Below are positions 1 to 7,879 of a stretch of 24,000 nt of DNA, one piece after another (position 1 is the stretch's first letter; each line of letters starts with the position of its first letter). Both the position numbers and the translations under genes were made by a program. The DNA is from Candidatus Heimdallarchaeota archaeon (GTDB lineage Archaea; Asgardarchaeota; Heimdallarchaeia; Heimdallarchaeales; Heimdallarchaeaceae), in the NCBI GenBank assembly GCA_021399345.1, contig JAAFKI010000175.1, forward strand, positions 36,453 to 60,452, read 5' to 3'. The notes below the pieces were generated by a model that worked only from the letters and a program-made list of their open reading frames with translations, was not told where the DNA came from and ran no database searches.

Positions 1-336
1 TGTTATCGCTACTTTATCATTAAGCTGAGAAACCAGCTAGCTAAGTATGGATTTGAACCGTATCGAGTGGTAGCTGTTAATGAAAGTTGGACCTCTAAAA
101 GATGTTCCAGATGTAATTCTACAAACACTACCCGTACAGGACAAGGACAGTTCAATTGCCATGATTACAACTACGAACTAGATGCCGACTTGAACGGAGC
201 AAAAAACATAGGGAAGAGGTTGATTAGGTATGCGTTAAAACCAAACTTCAGCAGTATCAAAGATCTACTGACAGAAGAATGCTATCCTATACAACACTAC
301 AAGTGTTTCCTGCCCTTAGGTCAATGGCTTAAGTGA
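1..336 (+). CDS. tnpB: TnpB-like (IS200/IS605 OrfB family) RNA-guided endonuclease, C-terminal fragment; the 5' part lies outside the window
   Basis: Frame 1 is open from base 1 (CYRYFIIKLRNQLAKYGFEPYRVVAVNESWTSKRCSRC...), extending the listed 67..336 ORF to the window edge. Layout matches the TnpB C-terminus: zinc-ribbon half-site WTSKRCSRC, then RuvC-III motif DADLNGAKNI (cf. DADxNAAxNI). The second Cys pair is degenerate (FNCHDYNY). Confidence 0.8.
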   Translation, partial: CYRYFIIKLRNQLAKYGFEPYRVVAVNESWTSKRCSRCNSTNTTRTGQGQFNCHDYNYELDADLNGAKNIGKRLIRYALKPNFSSIKDLLTEECYPIQHYKCFLPLGQWLK

Positions 337-506
337 TTCTGCAAAGAATACATCGTTTAGTAAAATTCGGTGTGCGAGGTCAAGAATCCGTCATCTCACT
401 AATTAGACTGATTCGATAATGAGTGACCTTAATCAGGAGATGATTCCTTTGAACAGCTTGCTGTTCCAGAGACTGGTACTGTATTTTATGAGAGGTTTTT
501 CTTTTC
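300..506 (+). ncRNA. Candidate omega-RNA (reRNA) scaffold / IS right-end region downstream of tnpB; boundaries are guesses
   Basis: The tail after the tnpB stop looks more G+C-rich than other spacers. It holds nested inverted repeats: TCATCTC 391-397 / GAGATGA 437-443; CTGATT 408-413 / AATCAG 431-436; and a perfect hairpin GAACAG-cttg-CTGTTC at 451-466. T-runs follow at 484-505. In IS200/IS605 elements the guide RNA spans the tnpB 3' end and the right end. Confidence 0.3.
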
Positions 507-745
507 ATTACTTACAGTTTCGTACGACGACAATCCATGCCACGCCAGTTTAGGAGGAGTTTTGAAAGAATCTGCTTGAAAACTTAGGTTTTTGTGTAGA
601 GACTAACTCATCATAGGCCAGGCTTAACTACAAATTAAGTCTGACTACAACCTCTCCCTCCTTTTTTCTTTTACACTTGTCGTTTAGTATAACGAGAAAC
701 TCAATAGAACATCAACTAACATAGATAAAAAAGAAATTCAATGTT

Positions 746-1318
746 TTAATCTAACCCAAATTCTACTCTCTTTCGTTCTACATCTTTCATTAGTTCCTGC
801 GCAAAGGTTCTGAATGCATCCTCTACTTTTTCACCTGTTTTTGCTGATGTAATAAAGAAAGAATCTTTTGGTATATTTAACTCTTGAATAATGGTATCAA
901 TATTTTCTTGTGAAACAGCAATTTGTTCATTTAAATCTGCTTTGTTTCCTATAAGGAAGTATATTGCATCTTCTTCAACACTCTCTAAACCTTTCTTCCA
1001 TGCTTTCAAAGAACTTAAAGTGTTATTTCTTGTGAGATCATAAACTAAAAAACACCCTCTTGCTCCTCGATAGAATTTTTCTCTAACTGATGCAAATCGT
1101 TCTTGTCCGCCTATATCACTTATTAGAAACAACACTTCATCATTTTCAACAAATAATTGTTTGCTTAGAATGTCTACTCCTATTGTCATAAGATATGATG
1201 CTTGGAATCGGTTGTGTACAAATCTAGTAATAAGAGAGCTTTTACCTACTCCTGGGTCTCCTAGTAGAACTATTTTGAAAATATACTTCTTGCCTTGCCC
1301 CTCGTCTTCAGTCATCAT
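746..1318 (-). CDS. Ras-superfamily small GTPase, Rab-like
   Basis: G1 GDPGVGKS, G2 TIGVDI (RabF1-like IGVDF), G3 DIGGQE, G4 NKAD, G5 SAK. Also RabF-like RFASV, FYRGA and LVYDLT. No C-terminal Cys prenylation motif (ends VEFGLD). Confidence 0.9.
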   Translation of the reverse strand: MMTEDEGQGKKYIFKIVLLGDPGVGKSSLITRFVHNRFQASYLMTIGVDILSKQLFVENDEVLFLISDIGGQERFASVREKFYRGARGCFLVYDLTRNNTLSSLKAWKKGLESVEEDAIYFLIGNKADLNEQIAVSQENIDTIIQELNIPKDSFFITSAKTGEKVEDAFRTFAQELMKDVERKRVEFGLD

Positions 1319-1384
1319 TTTCCCCTTGTCAATTCTCTTTTCGTATTTTTTTATTAAGTTTGTGCTTGTCTTTGCTTGTTTTTT

Positions 1385-1798
1385 CTAATTATTAAACATT
1401 TTAACTAGTTCTACTGCTGTTTCTTCAGCTAATTCTATCTTAGGTGGAATCAAGTTTAAACCATCTTCAGGAAATCGAGGTACTAAGTGGAAGTGTATGT
1501 GATCAAGTATTTGTCCTGCATCTCTACCATTGTTCTGAATAATATTCAAGCCTGTAGCTCCGGTTATTTGCTTTAATTTACTTGTAATTTCAGGTATTTT
1601 TTTTGTAAAATTCATTTCAGTTTCTGATAAATCGAATATTTGTTCAAGGTGTTTCTTTGGCACGAACAAACTATGACCTTTTGACATGGGATATATATCT
1701 AGAAATACTTTAATTTCGTCATCCTCATAGAGAGTATAGCTTGGCAATTCACCTTTCACAATCTTACAAATAAGACATTCTTCATCCATATCAATCAT
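1385..1798 (-). CDS. HIT (histidine triad) family nucleotide hydrolase/transferase
   Basis: Histidine triad HIHFHLVPR (HxHxHxx) near the C-terminus; N-terminal CLICKIVKGELP is typical of HinT-like proteins. Confidence 0.9.
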   Translation of the reverse strand: MIDMDEECLICKIVKGELPSYTLYEDDEIKVFLDIYPMSKGHSLFVPKKHLEQIFDLSETEMNFTKKIPEITSKLKQITGATGLNIIQNNGRDAGQILDHIHFHLVPRFPEDGLNLIPPKIELAEETAVELVKMFNN

Positions 1799-1875
1799 GC
1801 TCTCTTCTTTTCCTAGTGGTTTACTTATCTTACTTTTCAGTTTTTTGTATTGCAGCTGAAATAGTAAACAAAAAT

Positions 1876-2940
1876 CTATGAAACTTCAACATTTAATCCT
1901 TTGTCTTGATATAGGATATAGGCATTACCTCCGGCACGTATTATTGCTTGGGCAACCTCTTTTTGCTTTTCTGGAGAATAGGCTAGGAATGAACCACCAT
2001 TTCCGCTCCCTAATAGTTTACAAGCAAGGGCTCCAGCGTTTTTTGCGCTTAAAATTAATTCTTGCATCTGATTTGTGACATTTTCAAAATAGTTTTGTTG
2101 GAAATGGTGATGGGAATCGATTAATTCAACTAGTTCCTCTGGTTTAAATTCCTGGTTTTTCATTTTACGATATCCATCTCTTACAACATCCCTAATTCCT
2201 AAAACAGCTACTAGTCTTTGTAATTTTTTACTAGTATTTTCTTTATACGCTTGATGTACTTCACTAAAGGATGAAGATTGTAAATCAAAGGAAGTATCTC
2301 TTTTGTTCATTATTTCTATTCCTTGATTTATCTCCTCTTTCCTCTTTCTTATCGTTTGAATAGTTTCTTTTTTTGTTAAAGTATCACCAATAACTATACC
2401 AGTAAGTTTAGTATCAAGTTTTTCGAGCTTGTAAGGTTCCCTACACTCTAAATGGAGCATATCTCCAAACACACTGGCATATTGATCCATCATTCCTCCC
2501 GGTTCTCCCAAGTTTACTACTTCTGCTAAATATGCATTCCATGCCAATTCTTTCTCTGTTAAATTTGAATCTGAGGCTTTATCAAAAAACCCAACCAAGG
2601 CCGAACAAAGTGCAGATGAAGAGGAGAGTCCTTTCCCTATTAGGATGTTGGAATTAACTTCAACGTTCGCCCCAAAGTTCTTTGGAAGATATTTTTGAAA
2701 AATATTGAAAACAGAACGAATATAATCTCTTTTTTCGTTTAGTGGCTGTGTTTCATTACTAAACTTAACTTCTTTACCTAAATCTGTTAGTGTGAATTTA
2801 ATAATTCCACTATTGTTTGTTTTGCCTTTAACTTCTATTCTTTGGTTGACTGCAATAGTTATAACTTCAAGGTTCATGTAATCTACATCTTCACCAAAAA
2901 GACAAACTCTTCCAGGAGAAGACGAAATTATCTCTAGCAT
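1876..2940 (-). CDS. GHMP-family sugar kinase, galactokinase-like
   Basis: GHMP motif 2 GKGLSSSSALCSAL. N-terminal PGRVCLFGEDVDY (cf. GalK GRVNLIGEHTDY). GGMMDQ (cf. GalK GIMDQ). Motif 3 GSGNGGS. Substrate not assignable. Confidence 0.8.
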   Translation of the reverse strand: MLEIISSSPGRVCLFGEDVDYMNLEVITIAVNQRIEVKGKTNNSGIIKFTLTDLGKEVKFSNETQPLNEKRDYIRSVFNIFQKYLPKNFGANVEVNSNILIGKGLSSSSALCSALVGFFDKASDSNLTEKELAWNAYLAEVVNLGEPGGMMDQYASVFGDMLHLECREPYKLEKLDTKLTGIVIGDTLTKKETIQTIRKRKEEINQGIEIMNKRDTSFDLQSSSFSEVHQAYKENTSKKLQRLVAVLGIRDVVRDGYRKMKNQEFKPEELVELIDSHHHFQQNYFENVTNQMQELILSAKNAGALACKLLGSGNGGSFLAYSPEKQKEVAQAIIRAGGNAYILYQDKGLNVEVS

Positions 2941-2941
2941 T

Positions 2942-4282
2942 CTACTCCGTCCATTTCTCTTGATATTCGGTAGCTGCCCTCTTTACTTTTTCAATATCAA
3001 TAGTCAAATAGTTTCCATCTTGAAAAACAATTTCCCCATCAATCATAGTCATACTTACATCTTTACCACTAGCTGAATAAACTAAATGGGAAACTGGGTT
3101 GTAAAGAGGAAAAGAGTTTACTTCATCAATATTAGCCATTACTAAATCAGCTTTTTTCCCTACTTCAACTGAGCCTATCTCTGTTCCCCAGTTTATAGCT
3201 TGAGCTCCCTCTATTGTTGCCATTCTAAGAACTTTCTCTGCAGGTAAAGCCAGTTCATCTAGATGTTTAATCTTCTGTAAAAATGCAGCTAAACGCATAT
3301 CTTGAAACATATCAAAATTATTATTACATGGAGGACCATCTGTCCCAATCCCAACAATAATCCCCAACTTATGATATCGTAAAACATCACATATTCCTGA
3401 AGCCAATTTACTGTTACTGCTAGGATTGTGAGTTATTCGGGTATTTGTTTGTTCAACTAAATTATATTCATCATCATCTAGCCATATTCCATGAGCTAGT
3501 ATTGTTTCTGAGCCTAGAGCATCTAGTTTTTTCAGCGATCTAAAATAGCTATCTCCAAATATTCTTACAACTTCTGCACATTCAGCTTGAGATTCTGAAG
3601 CGTGTGAATGAATCATTAGATCATCATATTCGTCTTTTGTCTCCACAACAAGTTTCATCAATTCAGATGAACAGGATAGAAGAAATCTTGGATTTAAAGA
3701 ATATTTAACTCTCCCATTTTGTGTTTGATGATATTCATCAATTTGCTTTCTAGCAGATTCAATTACTGTTTCAGCATCTTCAATTATTATTTCCGGAAAA
3801 TCATTACTGTAATCCATCAGCATTTTACCGATTCTTGTCCTGATTCCAATTTCTTGTGCTGCTTTAATTCCAGAATCTGAATCATGATTAGTAAGCATAT
3901 CATTTGCTGTAGAAGTACCTGTTCTTATCATTTCAGCAAAACCTAGAAGTGATGAATTGTATACTTCTTCTGCAGTAAACTGAGCTTCTCCTGGTAAAAC
4001 CACCTTCTTTAACCAATCTAGAAGGGCATAATCATCCGCCTTTCCTCTTAGAAATGTTTGAACACTGTGACTATGTGTGTTTACTAAACCTGGGAGTAAA
4101 ATTTTGTTGTTTCCGTCAATTATTTTTGTTGCTGAAAATTCCTTATGAATTTCCTTTTTTGTTCCCACACCATGAATTAATCCATTAGACACATAAACAG
4201 CAGCATCTTTGATAATACTGTTTTTTTGATTGCAGGTAACTATTATATCCGCTTCTAAGATTGTATCTTTCAACTTGACCAT
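2942..4282 (-). CDS. Amidohydrolase-superfamily deaminase, MtaD/DadD/SsnA-like (methylthioadenosine/SAH/5'-deoxyadenosine deaminase family)
   Basis: PGLVNTHSHSVQTFLRGKADDYALLDWL...FAEMIRTGTST matches the HxH metal site and following block of the MtaD family. Start placed at MVKLKD (ATG at 4282), where similarity begins. The 75-aa extension in the ORF track overlaps the divergent udg gene. Confidence 0.8.
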   Translation of the reverse strand: MVKLKDTILEADIIVTCNQKNSIIKDAAVYVSNGLIHGVGTKKEIHKEFSATKIIDGNNKILLPGLVNTHSHSVQTFLRGKADDYALLDWLKKVVLPGEAQFTAEEVYNSSLLGFAEMIRTGTSTANDMLTNHDSDSGIKAAQEIGIRTRIGKMLMDYSNDFPEIIIEDAETVIESARKQIDEYHQTQNGRVKYSLNPRFLLSCSSELMKLVVETKDEYDDLMIHSHASESQAECAEVVRIFGDSYFRSLKKLDALGSETILAHGIWLDDDEYNLVEQTNTRITHNPSSNSKLASGICDVLRYHKLGIIVGIGTDGPPCNNNFDMFQDMRLAAFLQKIKHLDELALPAEKVLRMATIEGAQAINWGTEIGSVEVGKKADLVMANIDEVNSFPLYNPVSHLVYSASGKDVSMTMIDGEIVFQDGNYLTIDIEKVKRAATEYQEKWTE

Positions 4283-4348
4283 TGGTTTAATTGGGAATAG
4301 CTTAATAAATCCTCTTTTTTTTGTATTTTTACAGAGGAGATAGAATCT

Positions 4349-5005
4349 ATGGCAAATGATGAGATAGCAAAGTTGACAGAAGATATCGTCATATGTGAAG
4401 CTTGCCACCTGAAGGATAGTAGGACTCAAGTTGTTCCAGGTCTCTATGGTCCAAAGAATGGTTTGTGTATAATTGGGGAAGCACCAGGTTATCATGAAGA
4501 TAAACAAGGTATACCTTTTGTTGGTAGATCAGGTAAGCTACTTGACAATATGCTCTCAGGTATTGGTTTAGAAAGGAAGAAGGATCTGAGTATCCTTAAT
4601 GTAGTAAAATGCCGTCCAACTACAGAAGATAAAAACAATAGAACACCAACGAATTCAGAGTTGAAGTTCTGTGGTGAGAGATGGTTATTCAAACAATTGA
4701 AATTACTATCACCAAAACTTATTGTAACCATTGGTTCAATAGCCTTGAGGTTCTTCATTCCCTCTGCGGCAGTAACTAAGTATGTTGGAAAATCTTATGA
4801 CACAGATCTTGGAATAAAATTGTATGTAACATATCATCCTGCATACATTCTACGTAACTATAACTTAATGGATGTTTACAATGAACATTTCGAAGGTATT
4901 AAGAATTTATACCTAAATCTCTTAAATCAAAATAAAATAGCTTCTGATAACAAGAGATCAATCAAAGGACAAGGAGAACAGAAATCTTTGACAGATTTTC
5001 TGTAA
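4349..5005 (+). CDS. udg: Uracil-DNA glycosylase, family 4 (Fe-S type), with C-terminal PIP box
   Basis: Motif A GEAPGYHED, motif B HPAYILRN. Fe-S cysteines are in CEAC, VVKCRP and KFCGERW. The last 8 aa, QKSLTDFL, fit the PIP consensus QxxLxxF[FL]. Confidence 0.85.
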   Translation: MANDEIAKLTEDIVICEACHLKDSRTQVVPGLYGPKNGLCIIGEAPGYHEDKQGIPFVGRSGKLLDNMLSGIGLERKKDLSILNVVKCRPTTEDKNNRTPTNSELKFCGERWLFKQLKLLSPKLIVTIGSIALRFFIPSAAVTKYVGKSYDTDLGIKLYVTYHPAYILRNYNLMDVYNEHFEGIKNLYLNLLNQNKIASDNKRSIKGQGEQKSLTDFL

Positions 5006-5078
5006 ACTTGTAAAAGCTTCATAATGATGATTTCTTTCTATAAAAGAATAATTTATAATCAGAATTGAGACCGATTAA

Positions 5079-6473
5079 ATGATGAAGAAAAAGTTTAAGC
5101 TGTTTGGTACAGCTGGAATAAGAGGTCGTTTTGGTACTAAGGTTACAGCTGAACTCACAATTCAAGTTAGTCAAGCGGTTGCTCAACTCTATTCTTCTGA
5201 GGGAATTCTTATTGGTCACGATGCAAGAACATCATCAGAAGCCTTAAGTCAATTTGCCTCTGCATCACTCTCATTATCAGGAGTTAAAGTTTACAAAATT
5301 GGTTTGTGCACATTTCCAGTTATCGCCAATCTAACTTTGAATTCTAAACATTCAGTTGCTGTTTATATTACTGCTTCTCATAATCCACCTACAGACAATG
5401 GAATTAAGGTACTAAGAAATGGGAGAGAATTTACACTCCAAGAGCAAAATCAGATCGAAGACCTAATTATAGAAAGAGATGGAAATGCAAAACTCATACA
5501 TCATGAAGTCTGGGACAATATTGAACCACAATTAGAGGTTTTAGATGCAAATAATCAATATTTCAAAAGGATAACAGAAGCAGTTCAAATTAATGGAGAG
5601 GGAAGGAAGGTTATACTTGATTGTGCCAATGGTCCCATGTCAGAACTTGCACCGTTAATATTAACACATTATGGATTCCTACCAACAACAATTAATTCGC
5701 ATATAGATGGATCTTTTCCAGGAAGACTTGCAGAACCCAGTCCGGAAAATCTTACAACACTCATAGAACTTTGTAAGAAAGAAAATGTTCTAGGAGCAGC
5801 TTTTGATGGTGATGGGGACAGACTAGCCATCATTAACGAACAAGGAGAATTTGTTGAATTATCTAGAATAAATGCACTGTTGGCTACATATGCCATAAAT
5901 GAAGGGGGACCTGGAAAGATTATAATTAGTATAGATTCATCAACTACAATTGACAAAACTGTAGAGAAAATAGGCGGAGAAGTTATAAGAACAAAATTAG
6001 GAGAACTTCACACAAAAGGTCAAGAGTTAATTAAATCTAATGAAAAGGTCATTTTCGCAGCTGAACCTTGGAAACCCATCTTTCCTAAATGGGGTTTCTG
6101 GATAGATGGACTATATTCTTTAGTTAAAATTTTGAAAGTGATTGTAAGCGGTCAAACTACTGTTTCTGAGATAATGAAGGATATTCCATTACATATTGCT
6201 AAGAGAAATGCTTACCTAGTAGACCAAGAAAGGGTTGAAACTATATTCGATGATTGTAAAACCAAACTTAGATTTTCTCTTGAAAATGAAAGTAGAAAAG
6301 AGCTAACTATTGATGGACTACGTTATGATATGGATGATGGTACTTGGATCTTGATAAGAAAATCAGGAACAGAGCCTAAAATAAGAATATATTATGAATC
6401 CCCTACTCAGAATCGTTTTGAGTGGATTGAAAACATTGTTAAAGATTTAGAAATAATAATCAAAGAAAAGTGA
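5079..6473 (+). CDS. Phosphohexomutase (phosphoglucomutase/phosphomannomutase/phosphoglucosamine mutase family)
   Basis: FGTAGIRG N-terminus, phosphoserine loop TASHNPPTDNGIK, metal site FDGDGDR, C-terminal RKSGTEPKIRIY. Confidence 0.9.
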   Translation: MMKKKFKLFGTAGIRGRFGTKVTAELTIQVSQAVAQLYSSEGILIGHDARTSSEALSQFASASLSLSGVKVYKIGLCTFPVIANLTLNSKHSVAVYITASHNPPTDNGIKVLRNGREFTLQEQNQIEDLIIERDGNAKLIHHEVWDNIEPQLEVLDANNQYFKRITEAVQINGEGRKVILDCANGPMSELAPLILTHYGFLPTTINSHIDGSFPGRLAEPSPENLTTLIELCKKENVLGAAFDGDGDRLAIINEQGEFVELSRINALLATYAINEGGPGKIIISIDSSTTIDKTVEKIGGEVIRTKLGELHTKGQELIKSNEKVIFAAEPWKPIFPKWGFWIDGLYSLVKILKVIVSGQTTVSEIMKDIPLHIAKRNAYLVDQERVETIFDDCKTKLRFSLENESRKELTIDGLRYDMDDGTWILIRKSGTEPKIRIYYESPTQNRFEWIENIVKDLEIIIKEK

Positions 6474-6478
6474 GATAT

Positions 6479-6856
6479 ATGGTATCAGATGTGATAAAAA
6501 AAGAGCTAAGATTAACCAACGAAAGACTAAGAATTACAATAGTGGTTTTATTATTCTGGGTCATACTAACTACCTTAGATATTATAGGAATAATTAATTT
6601 GGATACAGCAGGATCTGGATTCCTAATTTATGCAATCATGGCAGCTTCAGCCATCATTTTTCTGATTTTAGCTTTAGGTATTCAAGCTGAACCACTACTT
6701 AAACAAGTAATAAAAAATAGAAAAGAGATTAACAAGTTTTGGGAATCTGAAGAGAAATTAAAACCAAGTATTGAAAAAAGAACCAAAATTAGTGAGGTTA
6801 TTTTGATTTTTGCAATACTATTGATGATGGTTTCTTTACTCTTTGTGGTGGTATAG
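6479..6856 (+). CDS. Small membrane protein, unknown function
   Basis: Three hydrophobic segments. The frame abuts the mutase gene: an alternative GTG at 6470 overlaps the TGA stop at 6471-6473. No recognisable motif. Confidence 0.5.
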   Translation: MVSDVIKKELRLTNERLRITIVVLLFWVILTTLDIIGIINLDTAGSGFLIYAIMAASAIIFLILALGIQAEPLLKQVIKNRKEINKFWESEEKLKPSIEKRTKISEVILIFAILLMMVSLLFVVV

Positions 6857-7107
6857 AACTTCTAGCTTTAACTCAATGAAAATAGCTGATTCAAACTAGA
6901 CAAACCCATATTTTCTTTCTTTAAAGAGTCAATCAATTAATTGATACACCACCTTCTTACAAGTTCTAGTAAATCTTCCAGTCGAAGAAGAGGGGTTTTG
7001 AAAGAACCAAAGGTCACTGAAAGTATTCACTACCTTATTAGAAGGAACAAATTACTAACTAAGCTAATGAAATATCCTTATTTACTACTAGATTTTGATT
7101 TATATGG

Positions 7108-7869
7108 ATGGCTAGAAATAATTCTTCTGAATTCTCAATATTCTTTGATGATGGAGGGGTAATGAATGACAATAAATTACGTGGCATTCAGTGGCAGAAA
7201 ATGATAGGGGATTTTTTTTCACCAAAGTATGGGGGAGAATCTCATAAATGGAGTGAAGCGAACTTTGAATTCATAAATGAAATTATGGCAGAATATACTG
7301 AAGCTGCAGAAAATGAAGAATTAATTGAGTATAACGATTATTATTCAGATTTTATTTTGAGATGGGTAACTAGTATGTTTGAGTATGTAGGAGTTAAAGT
7401 TCCCCCTGAAGAGATGCACAACAAAATCTACTTTGAAGTAATAGAAGCTATAACGCCTAATATCAAAGCCTCTTTTCCAGGGGTGGTTGAAGCAATTAAA
7501 AACCTTCATAGCCAAGGGTTTAGACTGTTTACTTCTTCAGGAGAACACTCAGTTGAACTAAAAGGATACTTAAGGGGAATGAGGTTAAAAGACTGTTTCG
7601 AAAACTTCTATGGATCAGATTTAGTAAATACTCATAAGAGCGACGAGGTTTTCTATGATAGGATTTTCAAGGAAATTAATTTAGATCCCAAAAGAGCAAT
7701 AGTAATTGATGACAAACCTATTTTCTTGGAATTTGCTGAAAAGATTGGAGCAAATGTTGTTCAAGCTTGTTTAACAGGAGAATTCGAACCATCATATAGA
7801 TACTATGTGGAAAATATGAATGAATTACCAGAAGTAATAATTAAGCTTCTAAAAAAAGTAAAAAAATAG
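7108..7869 (+). CDS. HAD-superfamily hydrolase-like protein with atypical motif I
   Basis: Motif II LFTSSGE, motif III HKSDEVF, motif IV VIDDKPIFLEFAEKIGANVV. Motif I reads FFDDGGV rather than DxDx(T/V). Confidence 0.6.
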   Translation: MARNNSSEFSIFFDDGGVMNDNKLRGIQWQKMIGDFFSPKYGGESHKWSEANFEFINEIMAEYTEAAENEELIEYNDYYSDFILRWVTSMFEYVGVKVPPEEMHNKIYFEVIEAITPNIKASFPGVVEAIKNLHSQGFRLFTSSGEHSVELKGYLRGMRLKDCFENFYGSDLVNTHKSDEVFYDRIFKEINLDPKRAIVIDDKPIFLEFAEKIGANVVQACLTGEFEPSYRYYVENMNELPEVIIKLLKKVKK

Positions 7870-7879
7870 AAAAGAGGAA

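Noticed and set aside
419-553. 44-aa ORF (MSDLNQEMIPLNSLLFQRL...) in the spacer after tnpB
   Set aside because: It has no ribosome-binding or promoter signal, runs through the inverted repeats, and has odd composition. It is more likely incidental within a structured RNA or IS end.
559-570. 12-mer GTTTTGAAAGAA shared with 6995-7006 (16/17 match with flanks), considered as a CRISPR-like repeat or dispersed IS-end/MITE copy
   Set aside because: There are only two copies 6.4 kb apart with no regular spacing. Similarity decays immediately outside the core. A few chance 12-mer matches are expected in 24 kb of AT-rich DNA.
4283-4507. 75-aa N-terminal extension of the amidohydrolase ORF (MFIFMITWCF...), overlapping the udg start
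   Set aside because: Family similarity starts at MVKLKD (ATG at 4282). The extension is Cys/Trp/Phe-rich nonsense that would overlap the divergent udg gene and its promoter.
5021-5095. ATGATGA (C-box-like) sequences near 5025 and 5079, and at 11754, considered as C/D-box sRNA
   Set aside because: There is no CTGA D box at the right spacing on the same strand and no terminal stem. One ATGATGA is simply the mutase start codon region.
6941-7162. 73-aa ORF with a TTG start upstream of, and overlapping, the HAD-like gene
   Set aside because: Non-ATG start, Ser/Arg/Leu low-complexity translation, and overlap with a better-supported gene start.
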